From Coleofasciculus sp. B1-GNL1-01 (GTDB taxonomy: Bacteria; Cyanobacteriota; Cyanobacteriia; Cyanobacteriales; Coleofasciculaceae), in NCBI GenBank assembly GCA_040220235.1, contig JAVJTO010000082.1: a DNA stretch of 64,000 bases, one strand, 5' to 3'. This document shows, piece by piece, positions 1-10,132 of the stretch. Within the stretch, counting starts at the first letter, position 1. Each line of letters starts with the position of its first letter. The position numbers and the translations under genes were made by a program. A model generated the notes under the pieces. It was not told where the DNA came from and made no database searches. It worked only from the letters and a program-made list of their open reading frames with translations.

Positions 1-304
1 CGGACTACAAGCGGCTAAAAGTATTGGTAAGCTCAATAGTAAAGTCAGTGTTTGACCAACTTTTGCTCTCAACATTTCTATTTTCTACCAAAGGGGAATA
101 AACTGAATCTAATGATGCACCCCACTGGTTTACTTTTAACAATTAGTATTCGTATCGATGCTGAAAAAATCAACATCAATATCTGGTATCATAGCTTTTC
201 CAAGATAACCTTGATTTTGGCGATCGGCAATAGCTGATGACTGATAAATTTTAAATAATGAATTATGAATTTCCTTTTCTCTGTTCTTGGTTCTCTGTTC
301 CCTG

Positions 305-949
305 CTACGGAGATAAACGTTGTATCATCCAGCTACCCTCTTCTGTGCGTTGATAGAGCAATCGATCATGTAACCGACTTGGACGCCCCTGCCAAAACTC
401 CATGGCGACAGGAATTAACCGAAATCCTCCCCAGTAAGGTGGACGGGGTATGGTTTTAGTCTCATACTCTTTTTTAAGCTGTTGTAATCGTTGCTCCAGT
501 ACCTCGCGGCTGTCAATCACCTGACTTTGCTCAGATGCCCAAGCCCCCAGTTGAGAGTCTTGGGGACGGCTATGAAAATAAGCATCTGACTCCTCAGCCG
601 ACACCTGTTCAATCTGTCCCTCAATCCGCACTTGTCGTTCTAGCTGAGTCCACCAAAAGGCGATCGCACCCCAAGGATTTGCGAGTAACTGTTGTCCCTT
701 GCGACTTTTGTAGTTGGTATAGAAGACAAACCCCCGCTCATCGTATCCTTTCAGCAGTACCATCCGTGCTGACGGTTTTCCATCGGGTGTTGCTGTTGCC
801 AGAGTCATCGCATTCGGTTCTGGTAATTTTGCCGCGATCGCTTGGTCAAACCATAAGGTAAATTGCTCGAATGGATTCGGATGAGCATCTTTTTTATTTA
901 ACTGCTGTAGGCTATACTCTTGCCGCAAATCGGCGATGCTTTTACTCAT
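305..949 (-). CDS. pdxH: pyridoxamine 5'-phosphate oxidase
   Basis: Motifs [45 protein letters not shown]. Start placed at the ATG at 949 ([12 protein letters not shown]). Confidence 0.97.
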   Translation of the reverse strand: MSKSIADLRQEYSLQQLNKKDAHPNPFEQFTLWFDQAIAAKLPEPNAMTLATATPDGKPSARMVLLKGYDERGFVFYTNYKSRKGQQLLANPWGAIAFWWTQLERQVRIEGQIEQVSAEESDAYFHSRPQDSQLGAWASEQSQVIDSREVLEQRLQQLKKEYETKTIPRPPYWGGFRLIPVAMEFWQGRPSRLHDRLLYQRTEEGSWMIQRLSP

Positions 950-1032
950 TTTTTCAATTTTTGCTCCAGACAAAAGGTTTTAGCATCTATTGCTAAAATT
1001 ATCAAGACACTGTAGACTCAAAGGCTAGCCGA

Positions 1033-1395
1033 ATGCGACAACTAAATTTTCTGCTCATCTTTGCTGTATGTTTAGCGTTGGTTCTATTTAGCTTGCAAAA
1101 CACTCAACCCGCGTCGATTCAAATCATTGAAGGTGTTGATGTTGAGGCTCCTCTAGCGCTAGAGCTGATTATCGCCATGGGACTTGGTTCTGTATTGGCA
1201 TGGCTTTTTAGTGTTTGGGCGCAGCTACAGCGACAGCTAGAGTCCTGGAAAGCCGCTCGTCAGATCCGAGCGAAAGAGGAACGCATTGAAGAATTAGAAC
1301 AAGACATGGAACGCTACAAGGCAGAAGTTGAAGAACACCAATTACCCGCACTATCGGCATCTGAAACGGTAACAGAAGGTACCATCGTTGAGTAA
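1033..1395 (+). CDS. LapA/DUF1049-family membrane protein
   Basis: Two N-terminal hydrophobic helices with FSLQNTQP, followed by a coiled-coil tail. Confidence 0.8.
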   Translation: MRQLNFLLIFAVCLALVLFSLQNTQPASIQIIEGVDVEAPLALELIIAMGLGSVLAWLFSVWAQLQRQLESWKAARQIRAKEERIEELEQDMERYKAEVEEHQLPALSASETVTEGTIVE

Positions 1396-1443
1396 AGGTG
1401 AATAGATTTTGGGGAAATGTGAGAGTGTTGAATGTTTAGTCAA

Positions 1444-1532
1444 CTCCCCCTGCTCCCCCTGCTTCCCCTGCTCCCCCTGCTCCCCCTGCTTCCCCTGCTC
1501 CCCCTGCTTCCCCTGCTTCCTCTGCTTCCCCT
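1444..1532 (+). repeat. 9-bp tandem repeat (CTYCCCCTG) x ~10
   Basis: Directly visible. The same family appears in reverse orientation at 3990-4055, about 23125-23147 and 44298-44342. Confidence 0.95.
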
Positions 1533-1539
1533 ATCTCTG

Positions 1540-2340
1540 ATGAGACAAACACCTGCTACCGAAGCGATCGCGCTATTAATTGACCTAGCCCAACGGGGAG
1601 AAATCAATCCCTGGGATGTTCAGGTGATTGAAGTGATTGATCGCTATCTCAGTAGCCTCCCTTGGGGGAATGATGCTCAACTCAATCCCCGTGACACCGA
1701 TTTGTCCCAATCCGGACAAGCTTTTTTATGGGCGTCAATGCTTGTCTTACTCAAAGCAGAAACGCTACAACGTTTAGAGGAACCCGAAGAACCCGAATTC
1801 AGCGACATCGAAGCGGACATCGAACCCACGAATGAACCGCGCTTACCCTTATATTTGGAACGCCATATCCGTCGTCGCACGGCTGCACCCCCTCCAAAAA
1901 AACGCCCCGTTACCCTAAACGAGTTGATCGAGCAATTGCAGCAAATGGCAGATCAACTCGAAGCCACCCCCACACCCATTCGTTCCACCCGCCGACAATC
2001 TCTATCACGAGGACAAGCAGCACAAGCTATCACCCAGCTAGCTCACGATGAAAATCTCACCGACATTGCTAAACGCTTAGAACAGTTTATTTCCGGTCAT
2101 TGGCATGAAATAGCTGCCGGAAAAGATTGGCTGAATCTAGAGCAATTGCTAGAGTGGTGGACGGTATCACCAACAGTATCGACGAATGACAATCGCCCAA
2201 GGGCTGTTGATACCACTAAACCCCTAGTCAGCGATCGAGTCGGTGTGTTTTGGGCGCTGCTCCTGTTATCGGCTCAGTCTAAGGTGGAATTATCCCAAGA
2301 GGAATTCTACCAAGACTTAAAAATCCGGACGCTGGGGTAA
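1540..2340 (+). CDS. scpA: segregation/condensation protein A (SMC kleisin)
   Basis: GEINPWDVQVIEVIDRYL, SGQAFLWASMLVLLKA and C-terminal VFWALLLLSAQSKVELSQEEFY. The start at 1540 excludes the repeat-encoded LPL run. Confidence 0.9.
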   Translation: MRQTPATEAIALLIDLAQRGEINPWDVQVIEVIDRYLSSLPWGNDAQLNPRDTDLSQSGQAFLWASMLVLLKAETLQRLEEPEEPEFSDIEADIEPTNEPRLPLYLERHIRRRTAAPPPKKRPVTLNELIEQLQQMADQLEATPTPIRSTRRQSLSRGQAAQAITQLAHDENLTDIAKRLEQFISGHWHEIAAGKDWLNLEQLLEWWTVSPTVSTNDNRPRAVDTTKPLVSDRVGVFWALLLLSAQSKVELSQEEFYQDLKIRTLG

Positions 2341-2723
2341 ATCAATCAGGGGTGTTATCTGGGATTCCGATTGGCAGCTTAATCGGCTGTTCAATACGTG
2401 ACAGAATGCACCAATACCAGTCGAACGAACCGCATCTTGCCGTTTTGCTTCCTGGCTTCAGGCAAGAGCATTCAGATACTTATGTATACGGTATGTAGCC
2501 TCCTACATACTTACCTAGGTCAGTGGTGTGTATTGATTGATTAGGTATCGGTAGTCACTCAAACTTTTGTGAATCTACCCCTTTGTCACCTGATCTCTGT
2601 CATTTTTCCCGGTATATAGGATGAGTCTTGACAACGGTTCGACGTCCTTAAGGGCAACCACTGAGCATCAGACTCAATTGACCAACTTGAACATTTGTGG
2701 CATAGCTTGAGGAAGATAAATTT

Positions 2724-3890
2724 ATGAAAGCCATGATTCTGGCAGCCGGTAAGGGGACTCGGGTTCGCCCCATTACCTACACCATTCCCAAACCATTGAT
2801 TCCCATCCTGCAAAAACCTGTAATGGAGTTTTTATTAGAACTTCTAAGGCAGCATGGTTTTGAGCAAGTTGTGGTTAACGTCTCTCACTTAGCTCATGAA
2901 ATTGAAGGCTACTTCCGGGATGGTCAACGATTTGGTGTCGAAATTACCTATTCATTTGAAGGTCGAATTATCGATGGTCAACTGGTGGGAGAAGCCCTGG
3001 GTTCTGCAGGTGGCATGCGTAAGATCCAAGACTTTTATCCCTTTTTTGACGACACCTTTGTTGTCCTTTGCGGGGATGCTCTGATTGATCTGGATCTGTC
3101 TGCTGCTGTCAAGTGGCATAAAGAAAAAGGCTCTGTAGCTACGATTGTGACTAAACCCGTGCCGCGAGAGCGAGTCTCTAGCTATGGTGTGGTGGTGACT
3201 GACGAAAGCGGTCGGATTAAAACGTTCCAGGAAAAACCCTCGGTAGAAGAAGCTCTCAGCACCAATATCAATACGGGCATTTATATTTTTGAACCCGAAG
3301 TCTTAGATTATATTCCATCTGGTCAGGAATATGACATCGGTGGCGATTTATTTCCCAAATTAGTGGAAATGGATGCGCCCTTTTATGCCGTATCGATGGA
3401 TTTCCAGTGGGTTGACATTGGCAAAGTGCCCGACTATTGGCATGCAGTTCGGGGTGTTTTGACGGGAGACATCAAAAATGTCTCGATTCCCGGTAAACAA
3501 GTTGCTCCCGGTGTTTACACTGGATTAAATGTGGCGGTCAATTGGGACAAAGTGGATATCAAAGGACCGGTTTACATTGGTGGCATGACCCATATTGAAG
3601 ATGGTGCGAAAATTATTGGTCCATCGATGATTGGTCCGAATTGCTGGATCTGTAAAGGCGCAACGGTTGATAACAGCGTTATTTTTGAATATTCCCGCTT
3701 GGGTGCAGGCGTTCGCTTAGTCGATAAGCTGGTTTTTGGACGTTACTGCGTTGATAAGACGGGTGCAACAATTGACGTGCAAGCGGCTGCCCTCGATTGG
3801 CTGATTACGGATACCCGCCAGACACCTCCATCCCAAGATCCCGAAGAAAAGCAAGCGATTGACGAAATTCTTCTGGGTCAAAATGGTTAG
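2724..3890 (+). CDS. cugP: sugar-1-phosphate nucleotidyltransferase, CugP-type cyanobacterial UDP-glucose pyrophosphorylase / mannose-1-P guanylyltransferase family
   Basis: MKAMILAAGKGTRVRPIT...PKPL, FQEKP and a C-terminal left-handed beta-helix region; 388 aa. Confidence 0.8.
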   Translation: MKAMILAAGKGTRVRPITYTIPKPLIPILQKPVMEFLLELLRQHGFEQVVVNVSHLAHEIEGYFRDGQRFGVEITYSFEGRIIDGQLVGEALGSAGGMRKIQDFYPFFDDTFVVLCGDALIDLDLSAAVKWHKEKGSVATIVTKPVPRERVSSYGVVVTDESGRIKTFQEKPSVEEALSTNINTGIYIFEPEVLDYIPSGQEYDIGGDLFPKLVEMDAPFYAVSMDFQWVDIGKVPDYWHAVRGVLTGDIKNVSIPGKQVAPGVYTGLNVAVNWDKVDIKGPVYIGGMTHIEDGAKIIGPSMIGPNCWICKGATVDNSVIFEYSRLGAGVRLVDKLVFGRYCVDKTGATIDVQAAALDWLITDTRQTPPSQDPEEKQAIDEILLGQNG

Positions 3891-3906
3891 TCCATAACCT
3901 CTGAGT

Positions 3907-3945
3907 TGCTCACCCAACCATCCCTGTTGCTGGTTGGGTGGGCAA
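3907..3945. terminator. hairpin between convergent genes
   Basis: TGCTCACCCAACCA...TGGTTGGGTGGGCA inverted repeat just downstream of the stop codon. Confidence 0.55.
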
Positions 3946-3989
3946 TTCCACCGTATTTAGTCGGCTGAATAAGTATTGTGGTGGGGTAA

Positions 3990-4055
3990 GGGAGCTGGGG
4001 AAGCTGGGGAAGCTGGGGGAGCTGGGGAAGCTGGGGGAGCTGGGGGAGCTGGGGG
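3990..4055 (+). repeat. 9-bp tandem repeat (GGRAGCTGG) x ~7
   Basis: Directly visible. Confidence 0.95.
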
Positions 4056-4065
4056 CAACTTCTCG

Positions 4066-6165
4066 CTAAGAAGACAGATAAGTATAACTACTTAGACTCT
4101 TCTGGTAGTTTTGCAGCAACCGTTGGGATTCTGCCAAGGTAATGCTATTGTCTCGTAGAGCTTGTTCGGTACGACGACGAATGCTTTCAACTAAGTCCTC
4201 AGCGTCGTACTGAACATAACTCAATACTTCGGTTATGGTATCTCCCTTAACCAGATGCTCAATTTCATAGCCTCTGGGTGCGAGTCGAATATGGACAGTA
4301 TTGGTGTTGCCAAACAGGTTGTGTAAATTGCCCATAATTTCTTGGTAAGCTCCGACTAAAAATAAGCCGAGGTAATAGGGTTCTCTGGTTTGAGGATGAG
4401 AGGTTTTCCCCGATTCCTCTAGAACAGTCGGTTGAGTTACTTTATCTGTAAACTCCCCGCCGCTACCCTGGTTTTCCTGTACTCTCGCTTTCCTTAACGG
4501 ATGCAGTTCCAGCACAGATTTAACATCCCGCAGATCGATAAACTGGTTAATTTTGCCGTCACTGTCACAGGTCAAATCGGCTAAGATACCCCGACGGGTG
4601 GGTTCCTCATTCAGCCGATGGATAGGCATAATTGGAAAGAGTTGGTTCATCGCCCAGGAATCAGGAACGGATTGAAAGACCGATAGGTTGGCGTAATAAA
4701 TCGACGCCATTGTTTTTTCTAAGTCTTCGAGATCACTAGGTACATAGTCCTGAGTTCTAACAATATTGAGAATTTTCTCACAGCACGCCCAGTACAATTG
4801 TTCGGCTCTAGCCCGTTGAGTCAGGCTGAGATAACCGAGATTGAAGAGGCTTTTGGCTTCTTCATTAAATTGAATAGCATCGTGGTAAGCTTCTTGGTAG
4901 TTTTCGATAGCGATATTTCCGTAAGTTTCCCAAAGGTTACGGATAATCAGATGTTCGTTCTGGTGAGCAGGTGCAGGTTCTTTGGAGAGAACATCGCTGG
5001 TATTGAGGACATCAAAGATGAGTACGGATTGATGAGAGGCGATCGCACGACCACTTTCACTAATTAACACCGGGGCGGGAATCTGGCGGGCTTCACAGGC
5101 TTCCTTCACCTCGGCAACGATATCGTTGGCATAATTCTGCATGTTGTAGTTTTTCGAGGCGTGGAAGTTGGTTTTGGAGCCATCGTAGTCAATGGCTAAG
5201 CCACCTCCCACATCCAGATAGTTCATATTAGCGCCCAAGGCACGCAACTCGACATAGATTTGACTGGCTTCTCGAATCGCATCTTTAATCACGCTAATCG
5301 CAGAGGTTTGAGAGCCAATGTGAAAGTGCAATAACTGCAAGGCGTTGAGCAATCCAGCATCCCGGAGTTGGTTGACACCCGAAAGGATCTCCGGAAGCGT
5401 CAGACCAAACTTAGCGCGATCGCCTGTGGATTCTCCCCAACGCCCAATCCCTTTTGTACTCAGTTTGGCTCGTACACCGACTATCGGCTCAATGCCTAGT
5501 TTTGCCGAAATGTCAATAATAAGCTGGACTTCTTCGAGTTGCTCAATCACAATAATCGGTTTTTGTCCTAACCGCATCGATAGCAGTGCCGTTTCGATAT
5601 ATTCTCGGTCTTTGTGACCATTGCAGATAAGGAGAGCGCCATCCGTTTTCAAGGTGGCTAGTGCAATCATCAGTTCCGGTTTAGAACCCGCTTCCAAGCC
5701 AAACTGATAGGGGTGTCCAACCTGTACCAACTCTTCGACCAGATGTCGGTGCTGATTGCACTTGACCGGATACACCCCCTGGTAACGACCGGGGTAATTA
5801 TAACGAGCGATCGCCTTGGCAAAACAGGCATTTAAGCGCTCAATGCGATCGGCAAGGATATCGGAAAAGCGAATTAATAACGGGAGTTCCAGATTACGTC
5901 CTTTGAGCGCTTCGACTAATTCAAACAAATCCAGGGAACCGCCGCGATCGCCTTTGGGGGAAACCGTTACATGACCGACGGCGTTAATCGAAAAGTAGGG
6001 TTCTCCCCATCCCTGAATTCGATAAAGTTTCTCACTCTCCTCAATCGTCCAAGTGGGGCGTGATGATCTGCCCTGAGGTAGGCGAGTGTGAGCTGGAATA
6101 TCCGGGTGATGCGGTTGCTGCTTTTGCTCGCGAATGCTAATTGTAGATGTTAGCTCTCCTGTCAT
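4066..6165 (-). CDS. speA: biosynthetic arginine decarboxylase
   Basis: YPVKCNQ (PLP lysine), GLEAGSKPEL, HFHIGSQ, DVGGGL, ESGRA, DLTCDSDG, GAYQEIMGNLHNLFG. Confidence 0.97.
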   Translation of the reverse strand: MTGELTSTISIREQKQQPHHPDIPAHTRLPQGRSSRPTWTIEESEKLYRIQGWGEPYFSINAVGHVTVSPKGDRGGSLDLFELVEALKGRNLELPLLIRFSDILADRIERLNACFAKAIARYNYPGRYQGVYPVKCNQHRHLVEELVQVGHPYQFGLEAGSKPELMIALATLKTDGALLICNGHKDREYIETALLSMRLGQKPIIVIEQLEEVQLIIDISAKLGIEPIVGVRAKLSTKGIGRWGESTGDRAKFGLTLPEILSGVNQLRDAGLLNALQLLHFHIGSQTSAISVIKDAIREASQIYVELRALGANMNYLDVGGGLAIDYDGSKTNFHASKNYNMQNYANDIVAEVKEACEARQIPAPVLISESGRAIASHQSVLIFDVLNTSDVLSKEPAPAHQNEHLIIRNLWETYGNIAIENYQEAYHDAIQFNEEAKSLFNLGYLSLTQRARAEQLYWACCEKILNIVRTQDYVPSDLEDLEKTMASIYYANLSVFQSVPDSWAMNQLFPIMPIHRLNEEPTRRGILADLTCDSDGKINQFIDLRDVKSVLELHPLRKARVQENQGSGGEFTDKVTQPTVLEESGKTSHPQTREPYYLGLFLVGAYQEIMGNLHNLFGNTNTVHIRLAPRGYEIEHLVKGDTITEVLSYVQYDAEDLVESIRRRTEQALRDNSITLAESQRLLQNYQKSLSSYTYLSS

Positions 6166-6356
6166 ATCTGTTCGATCACCCTTAAAACTATGCCTTGCGA
6201 TTGTTAATGCTAGCGCATCTCGGTAATGGCATTGAGAGGATTTTTGTCATGTTATCCAAGAAACCATGTTAAAATTCCTTCAGCAATAGTGGTTTCTCTA
6301 CTCTCAAGGCGCAAAGCGTCGCGTTTTCAAGTTGATCCTGACTGTAAAGGGCGTCA

Positions 6357-7064
6357 ATGCTCAATTCATCTGACCATTCTTCCGAACAGCACAATTACCC
6401 ACAGGTATTACAGCAGCTCGTTAACAGGTATCCCTTTGTCTTTTGGGGAACAATCTGGGGCTTTCTCGTCTTGATTGGCACTGTGGCAGCAGTTGGTTTA
6501 CTCAATCCTGGGCGGATTGAGTCAGATAAATCTGAGCCGAAACCTTTGGTCTCAACGATTTTGGAATCAACCGCAAGACAGACACCCTTATCGAACTCTC
6601 CGATAACTTCCTCGCCAGAAAACGCTTCACCAAAAGAAGGTTTACCCCTTACTTTATTTTTGGGTCTAGCCTTTGGTTGTGCTGCCGGTTCTTGGTTAGT
6701 CACGCAGGCGTTTAGGCAATCTACTCAACGTCGTCAAGTTATCAAACCGTCTAAACCAAGTCGGCGTAAAAAACGGCGACGCTCCGTAAATCACCGTCAA
6801 GTTTCCCAACCCCCGCAATCGCTGGCTAAGACACAAGCCATCCAGACGCTGGACTCTTCCCAGACAGTTGCCTATGATCCGGAAGCTGAAGTAACCGTCG
6901 TACCTGATCAAGAAAAAAATCCATTGGATAAGAATGAGCAGAGTCTTGCCGAAATGCTGGACTTACGCAAACGCGAGTCTCTGGCGTCGATTATGCAGAG
7001 AAGTTTGTCTACAGGGCGAGACATTTCTCTGAGTCGAACATCAAGTTATTTAAATAACAAATAA
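6357..7064 (+). CDS. hypothetical membrane protein
   Basis: 235-aa ORF with two TM segments, a basic stretch and a C-terminal SLAEMLDLRK motif of the kind seen in cyanobacterial hypotheticals. Confidence 0.75.
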   Translation: MLNSSDHSSEQHNYPQVLQQLVNRYPFVFWGTIWGFLVLIGTVAAVGLLNPGRIESDKSEPKPLVSTILESTARQTPLSNSPITSSPENASPKEGLPLTLFLGLAFGCAAGSWLVTQAFRQSTQRRQVIKPSKPSRRKKRRRSVNHRQVSQPPQSLAKTQAIQTLDSSQTVAYDPEAEVTVVPDQEKNPLDKNEQSLAEMLDLRKRESLASIMQRSLSTGRDISLSRTSSYLNNK

Positions 7065-7089
7065 ATTCTGGATTATCCATTAGAATTTT

Positions 7090-7127
7090 CTGTTCCCTGT
7101 TCCCTGTTCCCTGTTCCCTGTTCCCTG
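7090..7127 (+). repeat. heptamer tandem repeat (CTGTTCC) x5 (STRR type)
   Basis: Directly visible. Confidence 0.95.
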
Positions 7128-7192
7128 AAAGGACGTGCTTCCCGAAGCGTGAGTACGACAAAGGACGAATAATAAATGACAAATGACACCCC

Positions 7193-7588
7193 TTATACGG
7201 GCGATGAGCTTAACTGCGCTAAACTCCAATCGGGTCGTAAGTTTTTGGCTTGGCGCAGATAAGGGTGATAAATCTCGGTTTGGCTCACTGGGGTATTAAT
7301 GTGGATGAGGCATCGGATGCAGCGTTCCAGGCTTCCTTCGACATGCATTTGCTGGAGATCGAGTAATGCTACATTTTCCCAATGAGGACGTTCGCGAGCG
7401 ATCGCGGCAGGAAAAATCGTATCCAAATCCCGTGTCGTTGTAAAGATTACACTGATCATTTCCTCGTGGTCGATCTGATTATGGGTTTCTATCTCATCTA
7501 AAAGTTCTGTTACAGCCTCTCGAATTGCTGCAACCGTATTTTCTGACACCGTTGTTGCCCCACGAATCGCTCGAACACGCCACTCCAC
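7193..7588 (-). CDS. aroH: chorismate mutase AroH
   Basis: VEWRVRAIRGATT, FTTTRDLD..FPA, RCIRCLIH, HPYLR.A..LRPD. GTG start at 7588 preceded by AGGAGG. Confidence 0.95.
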   Translation of the reverse strand: MEWRVRAIRGATTVSENTVAAIREAVTELLDEIETHNQIDHEEMISVIFTTTRDLDTIFPAAIARERPHWENVALLDLQQMHVEGSLERCIRCLIHINTPVSQTEIYHPYLRQAKNLRPDWSLAQLSSSPV

Positions 7589-7769
7589 TGTTGATATCCT
7601 CCTAAAAAGTTTTGAGTTTTGACCCTTCGCTTCGCTCAAGGGAATCTGGCTTGTAGGGGCGGGTTTAGGGATTTTCGCGCCAGCTATTGATGGTAACCTT
7701 TGTTCAAAACCCGCCCTGACTAAGTTTTGAGCTTTGACTCTCCTGTTCCCCTGTTCCTGGAGCAAACCC

Positions 7770-8594
7770 CTAAGGTCGATAGAGCCAAAGCGGTTGACCA
7801 CTGGTCGATAGTTCAAATTCTAACCAATTTATCCCTGCCGATAACCCCGAGTTCATTCGACCCGTATTGCCAGGAATCAAACGACTCAAGAGACGCTTAG
7901 GTTCCTCAATCGTCTCACATTTTGTTTTCTCTGGGTCAAGACCCACCAGTTCGGCTGCCCAGCGACGGGCATCTTCCTCCGTTCCCAGGCGATCAACCAC
8001 CCCTAAATCCAAGGCTTGCTGACCCGTAAAAATTCGACCATCAGCAAAGCTTCTCACCGTTTCCACCGCCAGGTTTCGTGCTTCAGCAACGGTTTGCACG
8101 AACTGCTGATAACTCGTATCAATCATCTCTTGCAGAATCGTCTTTTCCGGCTCAGTGAGTTCGCGGTCAAACCCCAGAATATCTTTGTAGGGACCCGATT
8201 TAACAACTTTGAAGGACACTCCAACCTTATCCAAGAGGCGTTCTAGATTATTACCGCGCAGGATAACGCCAATGCTTCCTGTAATCGTACCGGGGTTGGT
8301 CACAATATGTTCAGCTCCCATACCCACGTAAACTCCCCCAGAGGCGGAGATATTCCCAAAACTGGCAATAATTTTTACCTTCTCCCGCAGGCGCATCAAG
8401 GCGCTGTAGATTTCCTGAGAGTCACCAACGGTGCCGCCAGGACTGTCAATTCGCAACAGTAAGGCAGGAAATTTCTTTTCTTCCACGGTTTTGAGCGCGT
8501 CTAGTACCCGTTGGCGAGTATTACCAGCAATCAAACCCGTGATTTCGATGCGAGCAATTTGTTTACGCGATTTAGGCTTAAAGGGCCAGGGCAT
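7770..8594 (-). CDS. sppA: signal peptide peptidase SppA (S49, short type)
   Basis: RIDSPGG, SASGGVY, TGSIGVI, KSGPYKD, ADGRIFTGQQA. Confidence 0.95.
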   Translation of the reverse strand: MPWPFKPKSRKQIARIEITGLIAGNTRQRVLDALKTVEEKKFPALLLRIDSPGGTVGDSQEIYSALMRLREKVKIIASFGNISASGGVYVGMGAEHIVTNPGTITGSIGVILRGNNLERLLDKVGVSFKVVKSGPYKDILGFDRELTEPEKTILQEMIDTSYQQFVQTVAEARNLAVETVRSFADGRIFTGQQALDLGVVDRLGTEEDARRWAAELVGLDPEKTKCETIEEPKRLLSRLIPGNTGRMNSGLSAGINWLEFELSTSGQPLWLYRP

Positions 8595-8862
8595 ATCGTT
8601 TCAAAAATGAGGGATGTAGACACGAAGCGGTGTCCCGCCACGTTAAATACGTTAGCCAGCGTGAGAACCGCTATATTACTTTACCAGTTTGCACTATGTG
8701 AGCTACTTACATCAAATCGAAGATTTGACGAGAGGCTTCCTATCCAACAGAACTTTTTGGATCGTATGCTTAACATAAAGTAAAAATTTAGTACAATCTA
8801 TGTAAAGAATCGTAAAAAAATAGATAGGGTTGATCCCCAGCGTTGATAATAAACACGATCTC

Positions 8863-9963
8863 ATGCAGCTCAAACTAACCAACCAATCCCCTTTTGCCCC
8901 CTTACTCTTGATTGCACCGTTTTTCCTGTGGGGGACGGCGATGGTCGCGATGAAAGGCGTTATTCCTCATACAACTCCTCTATTTATGGCGGGAGTGCGC
9001 TTAGTTCCTGCGGGAGTGCTTATTCTAATTGCAGCGTCGATGATGGGGCGTCCTCAGCCTAAAGGGTGGGTAGCTTGGTTATGGATTAGCCTGTTTGCGC
9101 TAATAGACGGTGCTTTATTTCAAGGATTTCTAGCCGAGGGCTTAGTGCGAACCGGGGCTGGCTTGGGTTCGGTGATGATTGATTCTCAGCCTTTAGCTGT
9201 CGCCTTACTGTCAGGTTGGCTTTTTGGTGAAATTATTGGTCTGTGGGGTGGCATAGGACTGGCAATCGGTATTGTGGGCATTAGTTTGATTGGGTTGCCC
9301 GATGCCTGGATTGTGAGCCTGCTCCATGGCAATGTGACAACTGTGGAATTGAGTTGGCAGCATCTGTTTCAAAATGGGGAATGGCTGATGTTACTGGCGT
9401 CTCTGTCGATGGCTGTGGGAACGGTACTGATTGGCTTTATCTGTCGATATGCCGATCCGGTTGTGGCGACAGGTTGGCATCTGATTTTAGGCGGATTACC
9501 CTTGTTTGCGCTGTCGGGTATATGGGAATCTCAACAGTGGGTGAACATTGACTTAAGTGGTTGGATGGCACTGGCTTACTCAACAATATTTGGTAGTGCG
9601 ATCGCCTATGGGTTATTCTTCTACTTTGCCTCTAAGGGGAATCTCACCAGTCTCAGTGCATTGACGTTTCTGACTCCTGTGTTTGCTCTGCTATTTGGCA
9701 ATCTGTTTTTAGGGGAAGTCTTGAGTTCCTTGCAATGGGTAGGCGTCAGTTTGACGTTAGTGAGTATCTATTTGATTAATCAGCGTCAGGAAATTGCTCA
9801 GGGATTAACATCATTCCGCCAAGCCTGGACGAGTGTCAATCAAACCGTTACCGCCGAACCCTTAACGACGAGCGATCGCATTATCCGCAGCTTGAAGGCG
9901 ATGGGGTTAATTGCTTTACCGATCAAACTCCAGGATTCTGAAGTAGAAGGATTACCCCGCTAA
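8863..9963 (+). CDS. DMT/EamA family transporter
   Basis: About 10 TM helices with two EamA repeats (FLWGTAMVAMK..., DSQPLAVALL, LTPVFALL). Confidence 0.9.
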   Translation: MQLKLTNQSPFAPLLLIAPFFLWGTAMVAMKGVIPHTTPLFMAGVRLVPAGVLILIAASMMGRPQPKGWVAWLWISLFALIDGALFQGFLAEGLVRTGAGLGSVMIDSQPLAVALLSGWLFGEIIGLWGGIGLAIGIVGISLIGLPDAWIVSLLHGNVTTVELSWQHLFQNGEWLMLLASLSMAVGTVLIGFICRYADPVVATGWHLILGGLPLFALSGIWESQQWVNIDLSGWMALAYSTIFGSAIAYGLFFYFASKGNLTSLSALTFLTPVFALLFGNLFLGEVLSSLQWVGVSLTLVSIYLINQRQEIAQGLTSFRQAWTSVNQTVTAEPLTTSDRIIRSLKAMGLIALPIKLQDSEVEGLPR

Positions 9964-9981
9964 CCTATTTCAGCTTAAATA

Positions 9982-10029
9982 GCCATTCCTCTCCCATCAA
10001 AATCTTCGATTTGACATGAGAGGAATGGC
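9982..10029. terminator. stem-loop downstream of the EamA gene
   Basis: GCCATTCCTCTC...GAGAGGAATGGC, a 12-bp perfect stem. Confidence 0.55.
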
Positions 10030-10132
10030 ATTTAATATGGGAGTACGTCACGAGTAAGGATTTGAGCTATCTTGGAGTGAGACTAAAATAGGCAAACTAT
10101 CATGGCAAACCCTTCAAGTTCCTAATTTCCCT

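Noticed and set aside
1432..1539. Poly-(Leu-Pro-Leu) N-terminal extension of ScpA
   Set aside because: It is simply the translation of an intergenic 9-mer array; ScpA similarity begins near the ATG at 1540.
2491..2510. Palindrome GTATGTAG-CCTC-CTACATAC upstream of cugP as an NtcA site
   Set aside because: The spacing does not fit GTA-N8-TAC, and no other support was found.
7589..7816. 76-aa N-terminal extension of AroH in the ORF track
   Set aside because: It runs through REP sequence and the sppA end. A GTG with AGGAGG at 7588 is the better start.
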